A DNA stretch of 47,162 nucleotides, taken from Priapulus caudatus (lineage: Eukaryota). Of this stretch, positions 12,165-23,469 are shown piece after piece. A program made the translations under genes and the position numbers. Each line of letters opens with the position of its first letter. Position 1 is the first letter of the stretch. The notes under the pieces were generated by a model, which saw only the letters and a program-made list of their open reading frames with translations, did not search any database and was not told where the DNA came from. The stretch spans positions 636,071 through 683,232 of the forward strand of contig NW_014577088.1 in NCBI RefSeq assembly GCF_000485595.1, written 5' to 3'.

Positions 12165-12422
12165 CATGTAGGAGGTGCCGCTGTCCCGTCCCCATGTCGA
12201 TGGGGGCGTAGATTCACTACTTTGTTCTCCACCCACGAAACAGTTGGGCAGGCAGAGGTCAAAGCGCACTGACCCCGACCGTCCAGTCGGGGCTCGGCGA
12301 GCATGCTAAGGCATGGACAGGAGATGGTGGCGGCGGTCCCGTGCGGGCCGTGGCGTAGCTCTTGCCGACGAACGTTGGTACCAGAGACCGCGCGCCTTCA
12401 CGATCGTTCGAATGTTGTTGGA
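12165..12422 (-). pseudogene. SPON1: Second copy of F-spondin exon 6 with several indels (probably the true position of the exon, in low-accuracy sequence)
   Basis: Same splice sites and flanks as 15238-15492 but frameshifted. Its context is colinear with the inverted copy at 5607-5865. Confidence 0.75.
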
Positions 12423-13209
12423 CTGTAGAAGGAAACGGGGTGGGTGCTGTGATGGTCAGCACAGTTAAAACGTAGGATTTGACATTTTGTGACCTCAGCT
12501 CGGCCTGCTCTCATTGCAGTAGGCGCGCAGCCACGTGCATACACACAGCACGCACACATACGCGCACAGCGAACGTACACCGCGCGCGCGTACACACACA
12601 CACACACGAACCAACACACACACAAACACACACACACACGCACACACACACACACCACACACAACACACACACCACACACAGCACACACACACAAGGCGG
12701 CACATATGCGCGTACACACGAAGGCACGTGCTACCATATACCCAAATGCGCGCGCATACAAACGCGCGCGTGCGCGCGGTTTAGTTCCGACGTCACAAAA
12801 CTCCAGTATTTCGCTTTTTGTAATAATTTCAACGCGACGGCTTTAAGACGTCTCGTAAATTTCGAAGGCAAGCCGAGCAAAAGACAATGCACGCCGAGGA
12901 GGGAAAGCCTCCGCTTTCCGGCGCAAGCAGCTCGAGCTCCTTCGCTCGCACAATCCACGCTCTCTCTCTCTCTATCTCTCTCTCTCGCAGTGACCGCGCA
13001 CGCAGGCGCATTTCTCGCCGGGCAGCATTAATCTCCCCGCGGCTATTACGACAGGTTTTTTCGTCTACTCTGCGAGACGCACGTGTTTTTTGCTCTCGCC
13101 GCCGGTGATCGAATCGCCCGTGCGAAATAGATTGCGGCGGTTACAGCCGACGTATAAAATATGAATCGGCCGAGCAGGAGAAGCTGTACAGACGTCGCTG
13201 TAAGACGTC

Positions 13210-13425
13210 GGCCTTCGTGTAGAAGGGGGAAGCCTTTGCAGGAGGAGGAAGCCTTCGCAGGAGGATGAAGCCTTCGGAGGGAAAAGCTTTCACAGGGAGA
13301 AGCCTTTGCAGGAGAAAGCTTTCACAGGGAGAAGCTTTTACAGGAGGAAGCCTTCGTAGGAGGAGGAAGCCTTTGTAGGAGAAAGCCTTCGCAGAAGGAA
13401 GAAGACTTTGCAGGAGGAGAAGGAG
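13210..13425. repeat. Degenerate tandem repeat (GAAGCCTTYGCAGGAGGA-like, about 18 bp); mirror at about 4580-4795
   Basis: Recurrent gaagcctt/gaagcttt cores. Confidence 0.8.
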
Positions 13426-13489
13426 GCTGCTCAGCAACGCTGTCCCATAGTGTCAGATGTCACCTTACCGCCGTACGACGAGTCACGTC

Positions 13490-13885
13490 GCCCGCGTCAC
13501 GTCTCGCTGCGTCGCGATGTCAAGTGCGTCACGATGCGGTTACGTGTCCTACGCCGTAAGCGTCATGTATTGTGCGGCGCGTCGTGCGTTGCGTTGCATT
13601 GCGGCCTGCGTCATATTACGGCGTGCGCCACGTTTCGACGTGCGTCACATCACGGCTTGCGTCGTGTTGCATCGAGTGCACCGATCATGCCAGGCGTCAC
13701 ACATCGGAGTGCGTCACGTTGCGCCAGTGCGTCACGTTACGCCAGTGCGTCACGTCGTGTTATGCGTAACCTTGCATCATGCGTCGCATGGCGTCGTGCG
13801 TGATGTTGCGCCGGTGCGTCACGTCGTGTCATGCGTAACCTTGTATCATGCGTCACATTGCATCGTGAGTGATGTTGCGTCGTGT
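13490..13885. repeat. Degenerate GCGTCAC/GCGTCGT low-complexity array; mirror at about 4080-4500
   Basis: Recurrent tgcgtcacgt, tgcgtcgtg and gttgcat units. Confidence 0.7.
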
Positions 13886-14675
13886 AGCCAGCCTTCGCTG
13901 GCTGGTCGTTTGAAAGCATGATAATATATTACATAGGACGGTCTAGCTCATCCTATTTTATGACCGACGCTTGAGAATTGAATAAACACACGCAAATTAA
14001 CTTGGAGAAACACACGAGAAAATCTGACCGCATAATATTCTTTAGTAGAACTTCGTATTTCATCGAAATTACGTTGCCTTTCATCCGTATGAATGCTTTT
14101 TTGCTCAGATTGCGCCACATCCGAGAGACCAATGCATTCATGAATAACGTCATCCAATGAGACACTCGTTATGGAGCAGCGTCTCATTGCGCTTTACATG
14201 ATAAACAAGTTAGCCCCTGAGGGTTTAGTCACCGTACAAACTCCCGATAGCGACAGATGCGTCTGAAATAATCTGTGATTAAAAGACGCGTACTATAAGG
14301 TACCCTGCATCCTCTGTCATTTAAAGAGGTGTACTCTACTGCACAATACAGCATAATTTACTCATTTACCAACGGTTCGTGGGCAATATACCGTCGTATG
14401 GCAGGCAGTAGAATAAGATAAAATACGACACCGTATTATTTGTGTTATATATAGACGCAAACACGGTATGCGGAACCGTACAGCCTTTTGTGCATCTACT
14501 GCACACGGAGATAACAGGAGATAATGTTAAGCTCTTTGAGTGTTAATGCTTGCATATTACATGAATTGCGCGCCGCGATGTGACGTTTAATTGAAAACGA
14601 GGCGATGTTAAATAGTCGAATGTTTAAAATGTTCGTGCAGAAAGATTCTCCGATACGGCATTAAAAGACTTCAAC

Positions 14676-14694
14676 TAGGCGGCACATATGCGCG

Positions 14695-14758
<64 letters not shown>

Positions 14759-15676
14759 GCAAGGATTTCGTCTCATGCACACGTTCCTTGAACAGCCCCG
14801 ATTCCAAACGTATAGAATTAATGTAGTAAGTACGTACGGTACATTTGTCTGGGGGCAATGTCACTGTATGTAAAACGAAAAAATATGACAAAGCTAACAG
14901 AAGAAAGTACGATCGAATAATTATGTGAAGGTCGGTTGATGTACGAATAGATTTCGGGAGGAACCGTGCGGACCAGTTGACACTTTCAACGCAAAACGTC
15001 ATCGCGTAGCATGCATCGCGCTTTACACTACACCAGAATTCGTCTAATGAATAATAACTTGTTATGAATAATGATATATGATATACGATATATGAATAAT
15101 GAATATAAGACTTGTTAAATATCATGTCCTCGCACGAATCCCTCGCGACTCGACCTGTGCTAATCATACCGCAATCTAAATTCCCTAGCCCCCTTTCCTC
15201 GAAGAGAAAGAGAGTTTGCGATCTATGTACGCCTCACCATGTAGGAGGTGCCGCTGTCCGTCCCCATGTCGATGGGGCGTAGATTCACTACTTTGTTCTC
15301 CACCCACGAACAGTTGGGCAGGCAGAGGTCAAGCGCACTGACCCCGACCGTCCAGTCGGGGCTCGGGCCGAGCATGCTAAGCATGGACAGGAGATGGTGG
15401 CGGCGGTCCGTGCGGGCCGTGGCGTAGCTCTTGCCGACGAACGTTGGGTACCAGAGACCGCGCGCCTTCACGATCGTTCTGATGTTGTTGGACTGTAGAA
15501 GGAAACGGGGGTGGGTGCTGGTGATGGTCAGCACAGTTAAAACGTAGATTTGACATTTTGTGACCTCAGCTCGGCCTGCTCTCATTGCAGTAGCGCGCAG
15601 CCACGTGCATACACACAGGCACGCACACATACGCGCACGCGAACGTACACACGCGCGCGTACACACACACACACAC

Positions 15677-15740
<64 letters not shown>
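14676..15740. repeat. Extra direct copy of the exon 6 region (about 11620-12712), bounded by (CA)n tracts
   Basis: 14760-15660 aligns by eye with 11697-12590; absent from the equivalent position of the inverted arm. Confidence 0.9.
15238..15492 (-). CDS. SPON1: F-spondin exon 6 (Spondin_N), intact copy
   Basis: ttctacag| SNNIRTIVKARGLWYP...HHLLSMLSMLGPSPDWTVGVSALDLCLPNCSWVENKVVNLRPIDMGTDSGTSYM |gtgagg; PSPDW and DxGTDSG motifs; 255 bp, phase 0 to 0. Confidence 0.95.
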
Positions 15741-15748
<8 letters not shown>

Positions 15749-15750
15749 GA

Positions 15751-15880
15751 GATGAGTACAGTATAATGGAAAGCCAATGCAAGGAGTGGCAAAAACATTG
15801 CTATGGCACAGCGACTATCATTATATTCACCAGCAGGCACGTACTTAAAGCATTTATTCTCGGCGCATCGAATAGATTTA
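15751..15880 (+). repeat. 130-bp near-identical direct copy of 7112-7241, abutting an N gap
   Basis: gatgagtacagtataatgg...gaatagattta at both sites; I see one substitution (attacattc vs attatattc). Confidence 0.95.
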
Positions 15881-16069
15881 NNNNNNNNNNNNNNNNNNNN
15901 NNNNNNNNNNNNNNNNNNNNNNNNNNNNNNNNNNNNNNNNNNNNNNNNNNNNNNNNNNNNNNNNNNNNNNNNNNNNNNNNNNNNNNNNNNNNNNNNNNNN
16001 NNNNNNNNNNNNNNNNNNNNNNNNNNNNNNNNNNNNNNNNNNNNNNNNNNNNNNNNNNNNNNNNNNNNN
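15881..16069. other. Assembly gap (189 N); other gaps at 25351-25375 (25 N) and 36777-37714 (938 N)
   Basis: N runs, each next to simple repeats. Confidence 1.
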
Positions 16070-16132
<63 letters not shown>

Positions 16133-16215
16133 GCAACAGCTCTTTATGACAAGATTGTCATTATCACTACAAAATGCCATAAATGCTAAAGCGGAGACGG
16201 ATAAAACTCGCGGAC

Positions 16216-16367
16216 CTCGGATTTCAGTTCGGCCTCCAGATCGCTAGTAACTCCGAATTCTGCTATTTGCTTGGCGCCGTCGGAGGCGTAGCCGCCAATC
16301 TCCCACATAGTGTAATGACTGCTGTGGGTCGCCCCAATGATGTTAGACCAGTGAATGAGCCACTCAT
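16216..16367 (-). CDS. SPON1: F-spondin exon 5 (Spondin_N)
   Basis: tgttgacag| (N)EWLIHWSNIIGATHSSHYTMWEIGGYASDGAKQIAEFGVTSDLEAELKSE |gtccgc; 152 bp, phase 1 to 0. Confidence 0.95.
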
Positions 16368-16423
16368 CTGTCAACAGAATTACAGCGCTTAGCGCATGAC
16401 ACGTAAGAGACACGTACACTGAA

Positions 16424-16577
16424 CACTGAACACCAATATAAGAAGTACACGGAACACCAATATAAGAAGTACACGGAACACTAATATAAGAAGTACACGG
16501 AACACTAATATAAGAGGAACACGGAACACTAATATAAGTAGAAACGGAACACTAATATAAGAAGGACACGGAACACT
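16424..16577. repeat. 24-bp minisatellite (GGAACACYAATATAAGAAGTACAC, about 6 copies) in intron 4; degraded mirror at about 2545-2700
   Basis: Tandem units read directly. Confidence 0.9.
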
Positions 16578-16767
16578 ATTAACGCACGCATTAAACACAC
16601 ATTAAACACAACACAAATTAAAAATGTATAAAAGGGAACATGGGGTTTGGACCAGCAATGTAGTGGTAACATCCAGAACATGTCATCGCACAAAGTCAGC
16701 GGAAACACCGTATTGGAAACACAATTTAACGTAATGCTGCATCAAAAAAGGCGCAATTTACACGTAC

Positions 16768-17021
16768 TGTCGGGAAAGTCCTTCGGATGCGTGTTTCTTG
16801 ACCAGATTCCCTCGAACGTAATTTCGTACTTGGCTTCGTCGCATGCACAGCATTCTTCGCTGGCTGCGTCGCCGTGCGCGGTGCCCGTAGTCTGCCTCCT
16901 ACCGTTGGTCTCCGCATTCGGTTGTTCGCCGGGAGGAGGTGGCGTCCCCTCCTCGCACAGCATGGTGGTGAGGCCACCCTCGTCCTCGTAATACTCATTG
17001 TGGTTCACAGCAACGAGCGCT
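16768..17021 (-). CDS. SPON1: F-spondin exon 4 (end of Reeler, linker, start of Spondin_N)
   Basis: aattcag| ALVAVNHNEYYEDEGGLTTMLCEE...EECCACDEAKYEITFEGIWSRNTHPKDFPD |gtacgt; hallmark F-spondin motif; 254 bp, phase 2 to 1. Confidence 0.95.
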
Positions 17022-17426
17022 CTGAATTATTGACGGCCGTCATTACTTAGTGTGTGCCGCCACCGCCGAGTATATAGATACTCGCTCGTTACGTGATGAC
17101 ACAATACTAAAATGGGTATTTGCGGGGCTATTTCTCGAGCTACGGAAGATTAGCGTCTAATACCGCAGCCCCGGAGTCTGCAAACGGGTAATTTCCGATC
17201 TAATCGTGCGCCGAGGAGTTTTAGATTCGGGATTCCGGGCGACAGTGGCTAGTGTTTAGAGTTGAGTTTAGGGCTAGGCGTATGTTCCCTTTTTCGCGTT
17301 ATGGTATTGTTGTCTCGGTCAAAAGAAAATAGTTTCACGCGCTCCGGTTCTCCAGGGCATGCTACAGAACTAACTAAATATCTATCCTTCTACAGCGCGA
17401 TGTTGAAATATACCTGCCACACGCAC

Positions 17427-17560
17427 CTGAACATGACGCAGCCGCCGCCCTCTAGTGGTGGATTCCATATTACGCGGACGTCGGTCTTAGCGTTGTTGTT
17501 TCTGTTAACTACTGCCTCTTGGCAGAGCTTCGAGTGTTTGCTGTTGCTGTCATCTAGCAG
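17427..17560 (-). CDS. SPON1: F-spondin exon 3 (Reeler domain)
   Basis: tttttacccaccag| LLDDSNSKHSKLCQEAVVNRNNNAKTDVRVIWNPPLEGGGCVMF(R) |gtgcgt; Reeler KxxVxVxWxxP..GCVxFR motif; 134 bp, phase 0 to 2. Not in the supplied ORF track. Confidence 0.9.
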
Positions 17561-18066
17561 CTGGTGGGTAAAAATGCAAAGTACGAATCATAAACCGTTA
17601 GAACAGTAAGTAACTACATATGTGCTAATTTTCATAGTTTTGTCAAAAAATGCACAATTATATCCCTCGGCTCCTGTATACTAAAGTGTCTCTCGCTGTT
17701 ACGGTAGTTCATTGTTCTCATCGCCCTCACATAATTATTGCTACAACGGATCTTCTATACACTTGCTGAAACTTAAATAAATGCCACTTTACCTCATACA
17801 CACACATGATTATTAACACAGAATTAATTTGATTTCCACCTTTATGTCGTTTAGTCGGCTTAGCAGCCTTTGCGTATGTTAATAAAGCTCTCTATATGGA
17901 TCGTTCTAACCAGCCCAATTTGAACCCATAAGTGCGCAGTTTGTCTGTAATTTTGCAGACGATATGAATACGTTATGAATATTTGTCCCTCAATCATCCG
18001 GGCAATTTTAGTCATTAGTCTCAGTAATTTTTGTTAAACTCATTTTTGAAATCATACATATATATA

Positions 18067-18114
<48 letters not shown>

Positions 18115-18383
18115 GCTTTCGCTCTTGAACGCAAAACCATTACTGCTATTCCTACTAGCTAATGACTGTCATTTGCATATGTAAGTTAGAGGCGATATTC
18201 CGCAATGCCGGGCACGAGGAAAGTACGGCGATATTGCCACGAGGCAGCGCATGCGCAGTCAGCCACAATCGCCACGGCCATACTGACAGCAATCCGCGAA
18301 TGTCGCTAACGCCGAATTAGCGAAATTAGACTGAGCAGAACCAGCGAACGAACCCGTCACTCTGGATGTCTGACAGATCATAC

Positions 18384-18490
18384 CTGAAATTGTCCGGCTG
18401 CCTTACTTGGTGCCATCTTGAAAGTAGCTGCGAGAGCAAACGCAGTAAATTGGTGCGCCCCTTGCGGCGTGCGTGGCCCAGTGAGAACGA
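18384..18490 (-). CDS. SPON1: F-spondin exon 2 (Reeler domain)
   Basis: tttgtcttgcag| (I)VLTGPRTPQGAHQFTAFALAATFKMAPSKAAGQFQ |gtatga; 107 bp, phase 1 to 0. Confidence 0.85.
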
Positions 18491-20122
18491 CTGCAAGACA
18501 AACAGAATATCTGTTACATAAACGATACGATATGATCGATATAATGGGAAGGTAATGTCCCACGCACATCAGCGTCTATTTCGTTAGTCTTATTCAAAAA
18601 TGCATAACATACGAGGCCCGATAATCGTAACTCTAATATCGATAAAACATAAATGGGTCGCTATAAAGACTACAGACTATAAACGCGATAAGACGCGTCA
18701 GCGTGTAATGATGCTCGCAGGTTTTGCATGCGACTGTTACGTGTTTAATGCGGTCTAGCCACGCAGGCACCAGACCTGGCCTCCTATGATCAGCCTTTGA
18801 AAATGTTAGCCAAGCGGAAACAACAGACACAATATAATTGACAATTTCTAGTCGGGGGGTCGGATGATGCTATTAGGCTATTTAATCAGATCAGCCACGA
18901 TGCTGAACGGCCACGAGTTGTCACTCGTACTATCGAATCATTACTTTACACGCGGTGCAGCCTATCCGAGTATGCACCGTCTTCACTATGAACACTGCAT
19001 TCACGTTGTACCTGTGTTTGCGCGACGTGTTCCCGTATTCACGGTAACAGCCCGGACTCACCGCCTACGACGCATTCCTATATAATTTAGCCCGGAATCA
19101 CGGTATACCAAATTTATACACGCTTTACCCCGTTGTGGACATTGTACATTTTTTCACACTCTTAGCCTGTATTTTCGCTGATCGCTCTAGTCCCGGCATG
19201 TCATGTAGTCTTGTATTCTCTGTACACACGTGTTCCCTGTACTCACGTGTTTCCGGTATTCAATGTAATCAGGTGTTCAAATTATTCCGTACTCTGTGGA
19301 ATATCGGGAACTACCGTATTCTACATAATTATCTGTATTCTTCGTATTTATAATGTAGCTACACTCGTGGTGAGCCCTGTATAGTAACGGTGTGTACAGT
19401 GTAGCTGTTACTTTCCGCGTATGCTCAGCGTGCATACTAATGACACACGGCAAGGCTTGCTACGACGCGATCACATTACAATCACGATTCTTCCCGATAA
19501 AATGAAGCGGAGAAAATGGAGAATCCCTCAGGATCTCTTGCCATAAAATAATACAAATAAAGCTTTCAATGAAATGCGGCAATTGATGCTATCATGCGCA
19601 TGTAGTCATGACGATATGAACGCACTAAATAGATGAAAATCATTGATCGAAATAACATTGTTTATGCAGTAATCATGCACCCCAAATAAAATACAGAATG
19701 AAATACAAAAAATGTAACGCAGCCACCCAATACGCAAGAAACGTTGTGAACGACGCAGCTACACAGTATATCCAATAACGATATGACGCGGCTATACAGT
19801 ACACAAGAAAGACGTCACACAGATGGCATATGCTACCGAGGATGTCTGACATAAGAACTAAATAACTGTGGAAATAGATAATGTGATATATAGCGTGCAT
19901 CGATCACAGTAGCTTACGACACAGACAGAAAGTTTGACGCAACAATTCACCGACGCGACTATAGTGTGCGACGAAACATTGTTGGTTAAGTTAATTGTAT
20001 CGGTGTTAGTAATATTATCAGGAGTGTATAATATAGATATTACATATTACATGGATATACACTATATATAGATTATACTCTCCTGATATTATCAGTATTA
20101 GAAATATCGGTTATTACCAGCG

Positions 20123-20468
20123 TTATTACCTCCGCCAGGGGCTTGGCGGAGGTTATGTTTTCACCGGCGTGTGTTTGAGTGTTGGTTTGTGGGTTTGTGG
20201 GTTTGTGGGTTTGTGAACATGCACGTTTCAGTTCACTTCCGCTAGGTGCGCTGGCTGTAGACTTACAAACACGCAACCACAGGCTAAGGGGCAACCACAG
20301 TCCCCCCCACCTGCACGCTCGCACTAATCCGGATCCAATTAATTATTTAATTAATTAATTAATTGATTAATTTTTCCACTTAATTAATTAATTTATTAAT
20401 AATAAAATTTCACATTGGGAGAATTCAGCTGCCTTGGCGGAGGTCTGTGCTCTCCGAGTGCTCTAGTT
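20123..20468 (+). mobile_element. Non-autonomous Helentron/DINE-like (rolling-circle) element
   Basis: 5' ttattACCTCCGCCA with adjacent inverted copy TTGGCGGAGGT, then a (GGGTTTGT)n microsatellite and AT-rich core; 3' subterminal CCTTGGCGGAGGT, short hairpin gtgctc-tcc-gagtgc, and CTAGTT end. Confidence 0.8.
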
Positions 20469-21104
20469 AGTGTTAGTATCGGTAGCTGAGACATTACGTG
20501 CAGATCGAATGCCCCGCATATATATCCCGGCATGGAAGAGACAGGTGGCTCTGGGGTGGATGATGGTGCTGGGGTAACGATAATGGTGCGTAGAAGTGGC
20601 ATACAACAGTAGCCTTCTTTCTTAGCAATATTTCGTCGCTAGAAAAAGGCCTTCTTTGCATTTTTTAAATAATTTATATTTGCGGTTCTTTAGCATGAAT
20701 AAGACTGTATGGTGTGTATGCGACGAAACCTCTAGAGTATTATTTAATTAATTTCTGTTCTATGCTCATTTCAAGCCTGATGACTATATGGACGCCCTCT
20801 ACTGTTGTAAACGACCTAGACGAGTGCAGACTCGTTACGCCTCCGTCGCACACAGCTGCCACGATCGCAACTCCCAAGTGTCTTATAACAACAAACAGCG
20901 ACACCGGGCACCCGCCGGGTCGGCCGCCTTTACGAGCGGCAACGCAGTCATGGAAACGCGCCAAGACGCGCCGAGCTGCCGGAGATCGCTGCTACTGCGA
21001 TTCTGGAAAAGAAGATGCGGTTAAAAGATGCTTCGCGTGTGATCAGGGATCCGTAAAACACACGTCGAGATGCTCTCGGCGCGCGCATCGCGAGTTACCG
21101 TTAA

Positions 21105-21559
21105 AGCATAACGCACACACCCGAGCAAAAACACCTGAACGTGAGCAAAACGTGTTTCGCTCGATGTTCGTGCTGTGTGCGGATTCCGAAACAAAAAACA
21201 TTGCTCAGCTGAGCGTGTTTCGCTGAACCAAGCCATGTTGATTCGGCGAGCGTGTTTTCCCTGAGCGTACGTTTTGCTCGGGTTGTGCGTCAATCGTTTC
21301 TGCTACACAGCGAAAACGCCACAGCAGTACTCATCAATATCCTTAAAAATATCACATGACACACAAATTGGCCATGTCCATTGGCTGGTATTTTGATGTC
21401 ATGTGACAGCCGGCGCTGTAGCGCAGTGTTTTCTGGATGTTTTGTTCACGGTGCCTTGTGTTGCTGTGTCGGGTGGCGTGTGTGCGCTTGCTCGCCGAGC
21501 AGAACGCGAAACGCTGGAAAACAAAATTTCCCGTTTTGCTCGGGTGTGTGCGCTAGGCT
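21105..21559. mobile_element. PIF/Harbinger-type MITE
   Basis: TIR agcataacgcacacacccgagcaaaa vs ttttgctcgggtgtgtgcgctaggct (2 mismatches in 26); flanked by TAA and TTA; internal partial TIR copy at about 21270-21290. Confidence 0.72.
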
Positions 21560-23166
21560 TTACCGTTGACTCTCAGCGTGTGCTCGCTGACTTTTTCCCG
21601 ATGACGAGCATAAAGAGGATGCGATTCTATAGAGCGTGTATTTATAGCAGCCGACGTCGACCATCGCTCCGTGCGTCCGCTTGTTTATCGGCTTCACATC
21701 GAAATGCGAATGAAAAAGGTTACAGCAAGAGAGTTGCTATAACCTCAAGGAGCGCACATACGATATGAAGCTCGTTCAATTCACGACGAGTGACGATGCC
21801 CCATAAACAGCAAATCCCATCATCCATAATAGCTATACACCCTAGCCGGTCGTACCCTAGCCATATCTTTAATATCGAGATAGATATTTCAGTATATAAT
21901 AAAGACGGTGGGATTAGTAATATGCAATCGTATATTTACGTGGTTTTACAAATCGGCTACAACGTGGAATAAGTCTGTAAGCTTATATAAAAGCAGGAGC
22001 GTTCTAGAAAGAACTTTATTGAATAAACCAAAACTAATTTGGCCATGCATAGCGACATACGAATTTCGTTATAAATTCTACAGCGAAAAGTAAATGGGAT
22101 AAAGCTTAAACATTTCACTATTTATTTATCTTGCGCTGTGAATCTTTCTGTAGCTTCAGAGGGGTCTTCCTTTCATTTCGCTGTTTATCTCGGTGGCGAT
22201 TGCGCGCTACAGCCTTCCATGTATTGACCACCGTCAATGCGCCAGAATGCCTGCCGGATATTGTTTAGAATGTTAGAAAAGCTCTGTGACGAGTTGGCAA
22301 TATGAAACTACTAATGTGATCTCACGAGAAATTACGATTTCTAAATGTCAGTTAATGCGCGCCAAAATTAAAACTATATTCGTCAGACATACTGGAACAA
22401 CGTTGGCGGGTCGTTAAAGACATATTGGTAATAGTTGTCTAGCAAATTTGTCAATTAACTCAAAGTAAAATTTCGACGAGGAAAGTAAAAACATCCGAAA
22501 TAAATTTGATAATCCGATTGAATAAGGCGAATGCACAGCTATTAGGCTAACTTTAATTAAGGAGTGAAAATAATAATAATAATTATCATAGATATGAATT
22601 TATTTATATGCATAGGTACGTGCGTGTACAAATATATGCGCGCACGCACGTATAAGAATACGCATACACAAACAAACACACACGCGTGCCAGCATGCGAA
22701 CGCAGCGCGCGTATACCGACCGACGCACAAGCTCCATACACGTCATACACGTCAATAGTTCACCATATAGACGCATAATATACTTGACTCATTATTGATG
22801 TGTTTGCGTGATATATATATATATATATACATGCACATATTTTCCGCAGGGATCAGTGGAGCCGTCATGCTGAGACACGCTCATACGATGAATGATATTT
22901 GCTAGCATGTGACAAGCTCAGCTGAGGCGGTTGACAGGAATTTCCAAAACCCTCGTGGCGACATAGCGGATCACGCAGCGTGTCAGGTACAGCGAGACAG
23001 GCGCACACACGACGACAACCTACACGGGGACTGCGTGACCGGTGACACGGCGTACGGAACAACATGATCATGCAGTGACACCACGAGCGCGACAGCGTTC
23101 ATGGTGACAATATATACACGGTCACTACCTTCATGTGCCGTATAGCTAAGTAGTAAAAGTAGCGCT

Positions 23167-23469
23167 TATACGCGTCTGCAAGCATTAGTTTTACCACACA
23201 CCGTGGACACACACACACACGAGCATATGTTAATATGCATACATAAATTAACAGTTGATTCAAATTTTAGATTGAAAATTGATGATTAAAAATCGTACGT
23301 TCGAGATACCACGCGCGCGTGTATGCGTACATTCGTACAGGTGGTGAACCTGGGTACGAACGCATATGCATGTCCGTCACTCCCGTGCGCGTGCTTGCGC
23401 GTGTGTGCGCGTGTGGGCGCGTGTGTGCGTAGGTCCACGGTGTGTGGTAAATGCATGCAAACGCGTATA
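23167..23469. mobile_element. Small inverted-repeat element (MITE-like, TA-flanked)
   Basis: tatacgcgtctgcaagcatt...ttaccacacaccgtggac vs gtccacggtgtgtggtaaatgcatgcaaacgcgtata (about 40 bp, one 5-nt indel). Confidence 0.55.

Noticed and set aside
16424..16577. Regular 24-bp repeats as a possible CRISPR array
   Set aside because: Head-to-tail units with no unique spacers, inside a spliceosomal intron, and no cas genes.
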